Positions 1 to 8,454 of a DNA stretch of 18,828 nucleotides are shown here, piece after piece (positions within the stretch are counted from its first letter, which is position 1; each line of letters begins with the position of its first letter). Under the pieces are notes generated by a model. It was given only the letters and a program-made list of their open reading frames with translations, did not search any database and had not been told where the DNA came from. The position numbers were made by a program, and so were the translations under genes. The DNA comes from Nitrospirota bacterium (GTDB lineage Bacteria > Nitrospirota > UBA9217), in contig CAVUHW010000047.1 in NCBI GenBank assembly GCA_963741205.1, positions 1-18,828 on the forward strand. Reading direction: 5' to 3'.

Positions 1-11
1 ATAATTCTTAA

Positions 12-51
12 AAGAATCAGAACCTTTACGGCTCTGATTCTTATTTTTTTT
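12..51 (+). terminator. Rho-independent terminator of a transcript entering from upstream of the window
   Basis: AAGAATCAGA (12-21) pairs with TCTGATTCTT (33-42), with inner CC/GG pairs, followed by ATTTTTTTT. Confidence 0.65.
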
Positions 52-261
52 GGTACACAAATGGTACAAATATTCATCGGACAAGACTCGGACAAAGACA
101 TTCCGGGCTTTTTTTTATTACTTGAGCAATACATATAATCCAGCTATCATCCCGTACTGACAGATACATTCACAGTCGGACAGAATACCTAAGAGATGCC
201 GAAAAAAGCGTGGTGATGTTTACTCTGATTTGAACCCTCTACTGACACACGAACCGACACA
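51..261. repeat. Cluster of paired short direct repeats resembling tyrosine-integrase arm-type att sites
   Basis: TGGTACA at 51 and 62 (period 11), TCGGACAA at 77 and 88 (period 11), ACTGACACA/ACCGACACA at 241 and 253 (period 12). The repeats are seen directly; the att interpretation is inference. Confidence 0.45.
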
Positions 262-387
262 AGCAATACGAATAACGTCCTGGGCAACCGGGGGCCTTTT
301 CTTACAGGATTGATAGAATTGAAAAAAGTCTTTTTACCATAGTACCGAAGACGGCGATGTGAAGTCAGTGACCTGCTAGGTAAAGAT

Positions 388-422
388 AAGGGACGCGGCA
401 ATAAAAATGCCGCGTCCCTTTT
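388..422. terminator. Bidirectional intrinsic terminator downstream of the minus-strand lipoprotein gene
   Basis: Perfect 13-bp stem AAGGGACGCGGCA (388-400) / TGCCGCGTCCCTT (408-420), 7-nt loop, T-rich tails on both strands. Confidence 0.75.
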
Positions 423-532
423 GTGTGTGTTATCGCAACTTCTTTAGTGAAATCGCTTCGATAGGAAGGGACAATTTGACGTCCCTTTCCACTAAATAGT
501 CGATTGCAACGCAAACCGACGGCAATAATTAC

Positions 533-1239
533 TTAATTCTTATTGCCGGATAGGGTTACGGTGATTCCTGTGCTCGGATAATATATTCTTGCTGACATTG
601 CTGATATCGAGCCGTCTGGCTTGATTGTATAGGAGTCTTCTTCTGTAAATGTCACTACATTAGAGCTATCCCTCATCGTGTCGACAAAGACTAATATAGA
701 ATCTCCGTTTGTGCCTGCGTCTATTCTCCATGTCTTGTTTCAGTAGATCCATCTGAGTTGCTTACCACCATGTCGGAACCAAAATCCCCTACTTTTGCAG
801 ATGAGGGTAATAATGTCTGAGAAATTGGGGTAGATATTGTCCCATCATCATATATTTCTTGTACATATAGCCAGTTTGATAGGTAGTAAGTAGACGTGGT
901 TGATACAGACGCGCCCGTACTCGTGTTAGTTAATGTGGTGTTTCGCACCAGAACATTAAGGGTCTGGGTGCCTGTGGGTGTTGATGTAGTAGTTGGCGCA
1001 GAAATAGCCATTGAAATGGCCCTGTTAGTTGGCCCCGCGCTGCTTGAGCCTGCCAAGGTAAAGGACATTGTGCTCCCAGGGGTTGTTGCTTCTGCGAAAT
1101 TCTTGACCTGGTTAAGATTAACTAAAGTGCCTGGAGGCGTAGTCGCAGGTGGCGCATCCCCGCCCCCGCCACCACCGCAAGCAGTCAAGCCGATCACAGC
1201 CAACAAACCAATGACAGTCCATACAATGCTCTTCTTCAT
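533..1239 (-). CDS. Lipoprotein, Ser/Thr-rich and beta-rich, ~235 aa, with one frameshift near 733-740
   Basis: AAGGAGG RBS 8 nt before ATG 1239. Signal peptide MKKSIVWTVIGLLAVIG, lipobox LTAC, then GGGGGG. After the apparent stop at 721 another frame continues TWRIDAGTNGDSILVFVDTMRD...TVTLSGNKN to TAA at 533-535; restoring one base fuses the two. Confidence 0.8.
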
Positions 1240-1392
1240 CGTCATTTCCTCCTTTTCAAAGTTAAGTATTTTAATACCGACCGCTTGCCTGTATCCTTCA
1301 TTATGAGGATGCCGGAACCTGAAATCAAGCCGAAGGACACTTGCTGAAAATGCGGCTCAATAATTTCCGAGTCTCGATTCTATATTTATCTT

Positions 1393-2262
1393 TTAGAAAC
1401 GATAGCCAACAACTAAGTTCGCAGTACCACTACTTCCCTTTACTTCTTCGTCGAAGGTCCTATTAACGGTGATATCATTAAATGTAAATTTTCCGATGAA
1501 TGATTGAGCCCCAAGTTCTAAGCCAATTTGAAGACCTGGTTTGCTGAATGTATAGTACGCACCAGCAATGAACGAAAATGATGCATACGCCCCCGATTCC
1601 GTTGAACCGACATTTTGTCCCGGAGCTGTTAACGTCGCATTCCCCCTTCCCAACCCGAGTTCTCCTTTACCTTCAAAATGCAGATGCTCGTTAGCCTTAA
1701 TCCCCATACCAATGCCAAGACTGACGCCTGCAGCATCGTAGTGGATCGTATTTTGGGATGCGAATTTACTGCTACCGGAATGTTCCCTCACAAAAAGACC
1801 ACCACTTAGTAATAGCCCTACATCCGACTGTCCATACATTATTGTATTAACTTCTATTTGAATGTTGCCGCTATTCTCACCATTGACATCAAAAGTGGTG
1901 CCCTCTTGGTTTATTTTATCTATCTGCGCAGCAGTTCCGAACTTTAAACGTAAATCTGTTACTTCTTTAGACGTTTTCGCGCTTGGTTGTTGAGCCGGGA
2001 CGGTTGTTTCGGACTGCTGTTCTGCAAGAACTGCGGGGACTGCATCTTTGGTCATGCTTTCAACATTGCTTTTATCAACTCTCTTCCAAGTATCGCCCAT
2101 TTCAATTAACATTGTTTTTTCATCTTCACTCTTGACCGCCCCTTTTAGCATCGTCCCATCTTTGAGATAAATAGTATCTGCATAAACGCTCGATGCGAAG
2201 ATAAAGAGAGCACCGAAAGCCATCACTGATACAACTCGTAAAACCCGACAATTAATTGACAT
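1393..2262 (-). CDS. Outer-membrane beta-barrel protein with a small N-terminal periplasmic domain
   Basis: Signal peptide ending VYA. N-terminal DTIYLKDGTMLKG domain, a Q/P/T linker, then amphipathic beta strands and a C-terminal BAM-type signal VVGYRF. Confidence 0.8.
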   Translation of the reverse strand: MSINCRVLRVVSVMAFGALFIFASSVYADTIYLKDGTMLKGAVKSEDEKTMLIEMGDTWKRVDKSNVESMTKDAVPAVLAEQQSETTVPAQQPSAKTSKEVTDLRLKFGTAAQIDKINQEGTTFDVNGENSGNIQIEVNTIMYGQSDVGLLLSGGLFVREHSGSSKFASQNTIHYDAAGVSLGIGMGIKANEHLHFEGKGELGLGRGNATLTAPGQNVGSTESGAYASFSFIAGAYYTFSKPGLQIGLELGAQSFIGKFTFNDITVNRTFDEEVKGSSGTANLVVGYRF

Positions 2263-2516
2263 CGTTTTCCCCTTCCTAATAACTTTTTTGAAATGGTTGA
2301 GATGTTACTACATTGAGGTTATCCTTCGTCGTGTATACAAAGACAAATTTAGAATCTCCGTTTTCTTTGAAAGTTAAGTAACCTGACCATTTGAGGTAAT
2401 CGTAGGAGTAGAGCGCTGGTTGGCAGGTATTAATTCAAGTAAATTCGTTAGCTGAAAAAAATGGTGCTGGACAAGATTATATATGTGATGATGGGTGATG
2501 TCAATGGAAATGAGTT

Positions 2517-2536
2517 GGGTATTCTTGCGGGTATTC
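2517..2536. repeat. Direct repeat pair GGGTATTC (period 12), resembling P4-like integrase arm sites
   Basis: GGGTATTC at 2517-2524 and 2529-2536 in an intergenic region. Confidence 0.3.
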
Positions 2537-2656
2537 GTAAACAAAATTGGGAGAAACAGCCTCAAGCAAAGAAGCCGCCACCTTGCGAACAGGGGAACCG
2601 ACGAAGGCAAAGATCATTGAGTTCACACCCAGACCAGTCTTACTCCCTTTCTACTC

Positions 2657-2685
2657 TTGACAATAGCTAAAATAATGTCTATAAT
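2657..2685 (+). promoter_or_regulatory. Perfect sigma70 consensus promoter for the phd-resolvase unit, embedded in inverted repeats (probable operator)
   Basis: TTGACA (2657-2662), 17 bp, TATAAT (2680-2685). Inverted repeats GACAATA/TATTGTC and TACTCCCTT (2641-2649)/AAGGGAGTA (2703-2711). TGTCTAT occurs twice. Confidence 0.8.
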
Positions 2686-2714
2686 ATTGTCTATCATGCT
2701 GGAAGGGAGTAGAC

Positions 2715-2885
2715 ATGGTTAATTTGAAATTCGTGACGGTTTCAGAGTTACGGCAGAGGGCCACGCAGATCGTGGCCGAGTCAGCCGGCAGGCAGATCAT
2801 CATCACTAAGTTGGGAAAACCTGTCGTAGTTCTCCAGCGCGTGACTGAGGAAGAGTTAAGTCTTGACAAGGCAAAGAAGAAGTAA
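2715..2885 (+). CDS. Phd/YefM-family antitoxin-like DNA-binding protein, 56 aa (below the ORF-track cutoff)
   Basis: GGGAG RBS. Translation MVNLKFVTVSELRQRATQIVAESAGRQIIITKLGKPVVVLQRVTEEELSLDKAKKK matches the Phd pattern (V-s-e-l-r...I-I-T-x-x-G-K-P-V-x-V-L). Confidence 0.85.
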   Translation: MVNLKFVTVSELRQRATQIVAESAGRQIIITKLGKPVVVLQRVTEEELSLDKAKKK

Positions 2886-2928
2886 CCTGCACCGACAACC
2901 ATGAGATTCATATCGGAAGGAGCATATT

Positions 2929-3579
2929 ATGAACGAATTGGAAAATAAGAAGATTGTTCGTGTCGGCATTTACGCCAGGATATCAACGGCTGATAAAAGC
3001 CAGAACCCGGATCTTCAATTAAACCCTATCAATGAATTTTGCCAAGTGAGGGGCTGGTCAATAATAGGTGAGTATGTTGATATCGGGCAGTCAGGCGCAA
3101 AAGACCGGAGACCTCAACTCGACAGGCTATTAGACGATGCTCGAAAAAGGAAAATCGATTGCATAGTCGTCTGGAAACTCGACGAGTGGGGGAGGTCCTT
3201 AAAGCATCTCATTAATTCCCTGAGCGAATTGCAAAGCCTTGGAGTGTCCTTTGTATCCTATCAGGAAAATATTGACCTATCTACACCTGCGGGCAGGATG
3301 ATGTTTCATATTATCGGCGCAATGGCGGAATTTGAGCGTTCCCTAATTCAGGAGCGGGTGAAGGCGGGTATGGCACTCGCAAAACAGAAGGGCATAAAGA
3401 TCGGGAGGAAGTCATCCGCACCGGCTTCCCTGGCGAAGATCATCGACGCACATGAGAGCGAGAAGCTATCCGTCAGGCAGATCGTTGAGAAGGTGCGAAT
3501 ACCGCGGGCGACCGTTCATAGGACATTGAAGCTCTATAAGGCGGGCATGCTTGGTCGAGATGGTTTTGCGGTTGTTTGA
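2929..3579 (+). CDS. Small serine recombinase (resolvase/invertase family) with C-terminal HTH
   Basis: YARIST catalytic serine motif, D.GQSG...RPQL, IVVWKLD-x-WGRS, GRMMFHIIGAMAEFERSLIQERV, C-terminal HTH (SVRQIVEKVRIPRATVHR); AAGGAG RBS. Confidence 0.95.
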   Translation: MNELENKKIVRVGIYARISTADKSQNPDLQLNPINEFCQVRGWSIIGEYVDIGQSGAKDRRPQLDRLLDDARKRKIDCIVVWKLDEWGRSLKHLINSLSELQSLGVSFVSYQENIDLSTPAGRMMFHIIGAMAEFERSLIQERVKAGMALAKQKGIKIGRKSSAPASLAKIIDAHESEKLSVRQIVEKVRIPRATVHRTLKLYKAGMLGRDGFAVV

Positions 3580-3582
3580 GTT

Positions 3583-3734
3583 GCGTCCCAAAAGGGTATT
3601 GTAATTCGTTGTTAGAACTGCTTGATAAATTGCGGACCGAATACAGCGGTCAGGGTGTCCCATAAAGAAATCTTTAATAGACACGCTGGAAATTACAATA
3701 TGTCATAATAGAACAAGCGTTCTACTATTAACAT
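3583..3734. other. Putative res / serine-recombinase binding region
   Basis: Imperfect palindrome GTGTCCCATAAAGA-AA-TCTTTAATAGACAC (3655-3684, 11/14 symmetric, central AA). Similar half-site GCGTCCCAAAAG at 3583. Second dyad ATGTCATAATAGAAC-AAGC-GTTCTACTATTAACAT (3700-3734). Confidence 0.6.
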
Positions 3735-3774
3735 ACTGCCAATAAAAAAACATTCAACATAGTGCTATATTTTG

Positions 3775-3802
3775 TTGACAATGCCATTATTTTTGGTAAT
3801 CT
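3775..3802 (+). promoter_or_regulatory. Putative sigma70 promoter of the STAND regulator
   Basis: TTGACA (3775-3780), 16 bp, TAATCT (3797-3802) with an extended TG. Inverted repeat TCAACA (3754-3759)/TGTTGA (3773-3778) overlaps the -35. Confidence 0.45.
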
Positions 3803-3876
3803 TGCTGTAGTCAATACATCCATCACTGCCCGGTTAAAACAAAATTCCCTATAAAGACTAATCCCGATTCCATCGT

Positions 3877-6800
3877 ATGGCGAACCAAAATCATCATAGC
3901 CAAGATCAGCCGTCCTACCATCACCGGCGTAATGGAGCGGCTAAGGCTTTTCCGCCTCCTCGACAAATACCGGTCGAAGCGCGTAGTCTGGGTCTCGGCG
4001 CCGGATCGGGCAAGACCACGCTTATCGCGAGTTGGCTCCAATCGCGCAAGCTACCCTGTCTGTGGTACCAGGTAGATGAAGGTGATGGAGACCCCGCTTC
4101 CTTTTTTCATTACCTCGGGCAAGCCGTTCTCCATTCGTCTCCCCGAAATAAAAAACCATTGCCGATGCTGACTCCTGCTCTATTCCCGGCATAGAGACGT
4201 TCACCCGCAGATATTTTGAAGATCTTTGCCGGAAGATTAAACCACCTCTCGTACTCGTACTCGACAATTATCAAGACGCGCCATCTGATTCGATCCTCCA
4301 TCACGCGATCAACACAGGGATATCGGTTTTGCCTGAGGATTTCACTATAATCGTTATTAGCAGAAGAGGACCGCTACCGATTTTTTCTCATGGCCATACA
4401 AACAACGATATACCCTTTATCGGATGGGATGACATCCGGCTTTCCCTGACGGAAACTAGAGATCTGGCCCTCAGAAGCAGTGTTAAGGGCATCGCGGCTA
4501 GCACCCTCGAGCGCTTGCACGAAAAAACAGATGGCTGGGCAGCTGGGCTCGTGCTCATTCTGGAGTCGCTCAAGAATAGCGATATTGACACTGTATTGAC
4601 CGGTTCAACGAGGGAGAGCATTTTTAATTACTTCGCATCAGAAATATTCATCAAGATGGACGAAACCACACAACGTTTCCTGATGCAGACATCGCTCCTT
4701 CCAGGGATAAGCCCTGCGGCCGCCGCCGAATTGACCGGTCTATCTTCGGCAGGCGCTCTCCTCGACGATCTATCGAAAAATAACTTTTTTACGACCCGGC
4801 ACACGCATCACGACGCTTCCTACCAGTTCCATCCTCTGTTCCGCGAATTTCTCATGACCCGGGCGCGTGACGAGTTCACGCAGGACGGAGTCGCTGCGAT
4901 CGAACGGCGCGCGGCGGTCATCCTGGAAAAATCCGGCAAAGTTGAAGATGCCATTGGACTTTTCCTTCGAGCACGGGATTGGCCTGAAGCGGCACGGCTT
5001 ATCTCTACTGGAGCGCCGGCGCTCCTCTCCGAGGGCAGGACCCGAGCGGTTCGTGCATGGCTTGACGCCATGCCTCGCGAGCTGATTGAACAAACTCCCT
5101 ACCTCCTGTTCTGGCAAGGCGCCTGTTTGCTGGCTTTTAATCCTCGTGAGAGCAGGGCTTCTTTTGAGAAGGCGTTTGCGCTCTTCCGGAGGCAGGGGGA
5201 TAGGACGGGCCTTTTCCTTTCCTGGTGCGCTGTCGTCGACACAGCGTTTCACGAATGCGTATATGTGCACATGAGGCCTTGGACTGAAATCCTGGGGAGG
5301 GTGCTCGCAGAGGATCCCTCATTTCCATCGAACGATATAGAGCATCGGGTCGCGTTGAGCTATTTTAACGCAGTCGCCTTCGGACAACCTGATCATCCCG
5401 ATATTCACGAGATACGGGAACGGGCCTTTTCGATTGTTTGCGCAGGGATGATTTCGGACGCCGATCTGTTCCTCAATTCCGGATTGCACCTCATCACTCA
5501 TTACATTTACCAGGGGAATTTCACCAAGGCGGGGATGATCCTCAGCCTGCTGCGTGAGTCTGCCAAGTCCGGGGAAGCGACCGAACTCGTGCAACTCATG
5601 GTGAAAGCAATCGAGGCCCACTATTCTTTCGTCACCTGTGCACTCGATGAGGGCATGAAAAAGGCACACGAAGCTCTGGCCCTAGCCGACAAGAGCGGGG
5701 TGCATTTTTGGGACACATACATCTATGGCCATATGCTTGCAGCGTCGCTTTCCGAGGGGGACGAAAAGCTCATCGGGGAATTTCTGCCAAAAATGACGGC
5801 TGGGCTTGGCGCATGCCGAGCCGTGGACAAGGGGTACTATTATTGGCTACTTGCATGGAAATCCGCCCTCAGTGCAAAATATTCGGAAGCCCGCCAGTTC
5901 CTGGAGCTTTCACTGAACGGTGCAGTGAAAATCGGATTCCGTGCAGCGGAAGCAGCCATCCGGATCAACCTGGCGGAGATCTGCCTTGAAGAGGGGTTCG
6001 ATCACGATTCCGCTGCATGTCTTGAAAAGGTATTCCCTCTCATTCAAAGCATGGGCAGCGCATACCTTCTATATAGCTATTCAATTGCCGAATCCTGCCT
6101 TCACTTCAAACGTGAAAATGAAGTGAAGGGGCTTGAGTCTCTTCGTAAAGCATTCAGCCTGGGCAGAGACCACGGGATAGATAACATGTATTTTTGGAGG
6201 CCATCCATTATGGTCAGGCTGTGCATGAAGGCCCTTGAATCGGGGATCGAGGTTGAGTACGCGCGACACCTCATTAGCAAACGCCAATTAATGCCGCTTA
6301 CACCCCCGCTGCATCTTGATCAGTGGCCTTGGCCGGTTAAGATCTACACTCTCGGCGGGTTTGAGTTGCTCAGGGACGAGAAGCCTGTTGTTTTTCCTGG
6401 CAAGGTGCAGCAGAAGCCGCACTTGATGCTCAAGATATTGATCGCCTTCGGCGGGAAGGGTGTTTCTGAATCGCAGTTCATCGACGCTTTGTGGCCAGAA
6501 GCGGAAGGCGACGCCGCCAAGCGGAACCTGGATATCACACTCCACCGCTTACGGAAACTTTTAGGTGATGATGAAGCGATCATGCAGCAGGAAGGACAGA
6601 TGAGTCTGAATGACCAGCGCATATGGACCGATGCGTGGGGGTTTGAGCGTCTCCTGTGGTGGGTGGAAGATATGTGGAAACAGAAGGAGCAAGGGCATGA
6701 ACTGGTCGCTGCAATCGATCCGGCATGCCTCGAGCCGGCGTCCCGCCGTCCGGAGGTCGATTTTGAAGAAAAGATACGACTGACTGAAAAGGCTCTTGCT

Positions 6801-7148
6801 CTTTATAAAGGCCATTTTCTTTCCGGAGACACCAAGGAGCCTTGGACTATTTCGCTGAGAGAGCGCCTGCGCGCGAAATTTCTCTATTACACAAAAGCCC
6901 TCGGTAATTATCGGCAACAATCAGGCCGCTACGACCTCGCAGTAAAGTGCTACCAGAACGGAATCGGGATAGACGACCTTGCCGAGGAACTATACCAGCA
7001 GCTTATGATCTGCCACCATAAACTCGGCCAGGAAGCAGAGGTTGTCAAAGTCTACTACAGCTGCCGCACCATGCTTCATAAAGCCTTCGGACTTGAGCCC
7101 TCCACAAAAACCAAGGAAATATATTCCTCCATACGCCGGAACGGGTAA
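3877..7148 (+). CDS. MalT-like STAND ATPase transcriptional regulator with C-terminal SARP (OmpR-type wHTH + BTAD), ~1090 aa, with about three frameshifts in the first ~320 bp
   Basis: Reconstructed N-terminus IAKISRP...ERLRLFRLLD...VVWVSAP[A]GSGKTT (Walker A), WYQVDEGDGDPASFF, LVLVLDNYQ (Walker B), TDGWAAGL and YQFHPLFREFL. Then helical repeats, KIYTLGGFELL...LWPEA...LDITLHRLRKLL and BTAD (ALYKGHFL, LAEELYQQLM, GLEPSTKT). The ORF track splits it into 3877..4194 and 4329..7148. Confidence 0.88.
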
Positions 7149-7241
7149 TTCCCGGCATTTGCCTGCTTTTTACTCTCATTCGATGCTTTTGTAACTTTTC
7201 TACACATTAATTTTGATAAAAAACATATTTTTTGCTCCATA

Positions 7242-7275
7242 TGTATGTAATCTGTAAGTCGAACCATGTTATAAA
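7242..7275 (+). promoter_or_regulatory. Candidate SARP-type activator site (11-bp-spaced direct repeat) plus extended -10
   Basis: TGTATG (7242) and TGTAAG (7253) are one helical turn apart and sit in place of a -35, followed by TG-T-TATAAA (7267-7275). Confidence 0.4.
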
Positions 7276-7297
7276 CGTGAACGAAAAAGGATCAACT

Positions 7298-7483
7298 ATG
7301 GAAAGCTACGTCATTCGCATATACCGTCGCGATCTTGCTGAGCCACTCAAGCCGGTCGGGATGGTTGAGGTCGTAGAGACCTCGGAAACAATGACCTTCA
7401 CGCATGCCGGTGAGCTTGTTAATATCCTCTGTCCCGCAGGTGATTCATTGGCTCCGGATCCGGATAGCAGAAGATGCATGTGA
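7298..7483 (+). CDS. Small hypothetical protein, 61 aa (MESYVIRIYRR...VGMVEVV...FTHAGELVNIL)
   Basis: AAGGA RBS before ATG 7298; beta-beta-beta-alpha pattern. Resembles small proteins I recall next to BTAD regulators (not verified by search). Confidence 0.7.
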   Translation: MESYVIRIYRRDLAEPLKPVGMVEVVETSETMTFTHAGELVNILCPAGDSLAPDPDSRRCM

Positions 7484-7634
7484 TAATTCGTGACTTGAAA
7501 GTAGCGTGCTGGTTTTACTGGCTTCGAATAAGATTACGTGTTTTCGTGGTTGCTGAGAAGAAGCAACAAATGCAGTTCAATATTTAATTTATTGTTTGCA
7601 ATCATTTTGAGAAATAAAAATTGAGGGTTAGGTC

Positions 7635-8312
7635 ATGAGGAAGGATTACAACGCACGAAATACTCGTTCGTACTGGCTGGTAGCGCTGCTTCTTTATTTA
7701 TTAATGGTAATGCCGGTAACTTCTTGGGCTGCACGGGGGAATATTGTGACGGTTGCTGGTGGTTATACCGGCGATGGCGGCGCAGCGACAAGCGCGGTTA
7801 TAAACACACCCTGGAGTGTTGCGGTTGATGCCGCTGGAAACATTTACATAGCGGATACCAACAATCATCGCATCCGGAAGGTGAATTCATCGACCGGAAT
7901 CATAGCGACAGTAGCAGGCAACGGGGTGTCGGGCTTTAGCGGTGATAACGGCCCCGCCACGTCGGCAAATCTCAGTTATCCACAAGGTGTAGCCATCGAT
8001 TCCGCGGGAAATATTTATATAGCGGATTACAACAACGGTCGCATCAGGAAGGTAAATGCATCGACTGGCGTAATAACGACCGTGGCAGGAAATGGGAATC
8101 AATATTCACCAATGTTCAGCGGAGATAACGGCCCCGCCACATCGGCAAGCCTTAATGGGCCTGAAAGTGTAGCAGTTGATGCTGCTGGAAACATCTACAT
8201 TGCGGATACTTTCAACCAGCGCATCCGAAAGGTTAATGCCTTGACCGGTGTGATCACAACAGTGGTCGGTGTGTCAAGCCAAAGTAGAAATGCCCTATTC
8301 TTGCCAAAGTAG
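7635..8312 (+). pseudogene. Secreted NHL-repeat (teneurin-like beta-propeller) protein, 3'-truncated at ~8271 by an IS end
   Basis: Signal peptide ending SWA. Three ~56-60 aa repeats (P.sVAVDaAGNIYIADt.N.RIRKVn.sTGvItTVAG), also visible in the DNA. The repeat pattern breaks at TTVVG, exactly where TGTCAAGCCAAAGTAG begins. Confidence 0.8.
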
Positions 8313-8390
8313 AAGTGTCCTGTTTTATGAAACACCGGGAAGTTGTTGCGATGCTCTCCTAAGTCTCTTCCATGGGTGCTCCGGCGATTG
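8272..8390 (-). mobile_element. Right end and C-terminal transposase remnant of an IS1202/ISNCY-like insertion sequence
   Basis: Terminal TGT at 8272. Two 18-bp subterminal direct repeats, GCCAAAGTAGAAATGCCC (8278-8295) and GCCAAAGTAGAAGTGTCC (8303-8320). Minus-strand PEHPWKR (8364-8384) fits the P..HPW tail typical of these transposases. Confidence 0.7.
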
Positions 8391-8454
8391 ATACCTGTTC
8401 TGAAAGATATCCACAGCCTTGCGCCTTGGGAAATGACTGTCGTAGAGTTGTCGT

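Noticed and set aside
430-548. Integron attC site after the lipoprotein gene
   Set aside because: No properly placed RYYYAAC/GTTRRRY box pair and no integron integrase or cassette array.
2641-2711. Invertible promoter flipped by the neighbouring serine recombinase
   Set aside because: The inverted repeats are only ~9 bp, enclose ~53 bp and do not resemble the 3655-3684 dyad; an operator role is simpler.
2374-2911. ORFs 2374..2610 (-), 2461..2670 (+) and 2651..2911 (-)
   Set aside because: No recognisable motifs or RBS; the last is the antisense shadow of the phd gene.
7800-8270. ~170-180-bp DNA repeats as a DGR template/variable pair or an array
   Set aside because: They are in-frame NHL protein repeats, the differences are not adenine-specific, and no reverse transcriptase is present.
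8278-8320. Direct repeats as a mini CRISPR array
   Set aside because: Only two 18-bp copies with a 7-bp gap and no cas genes; they fit IS subterminal repeats.
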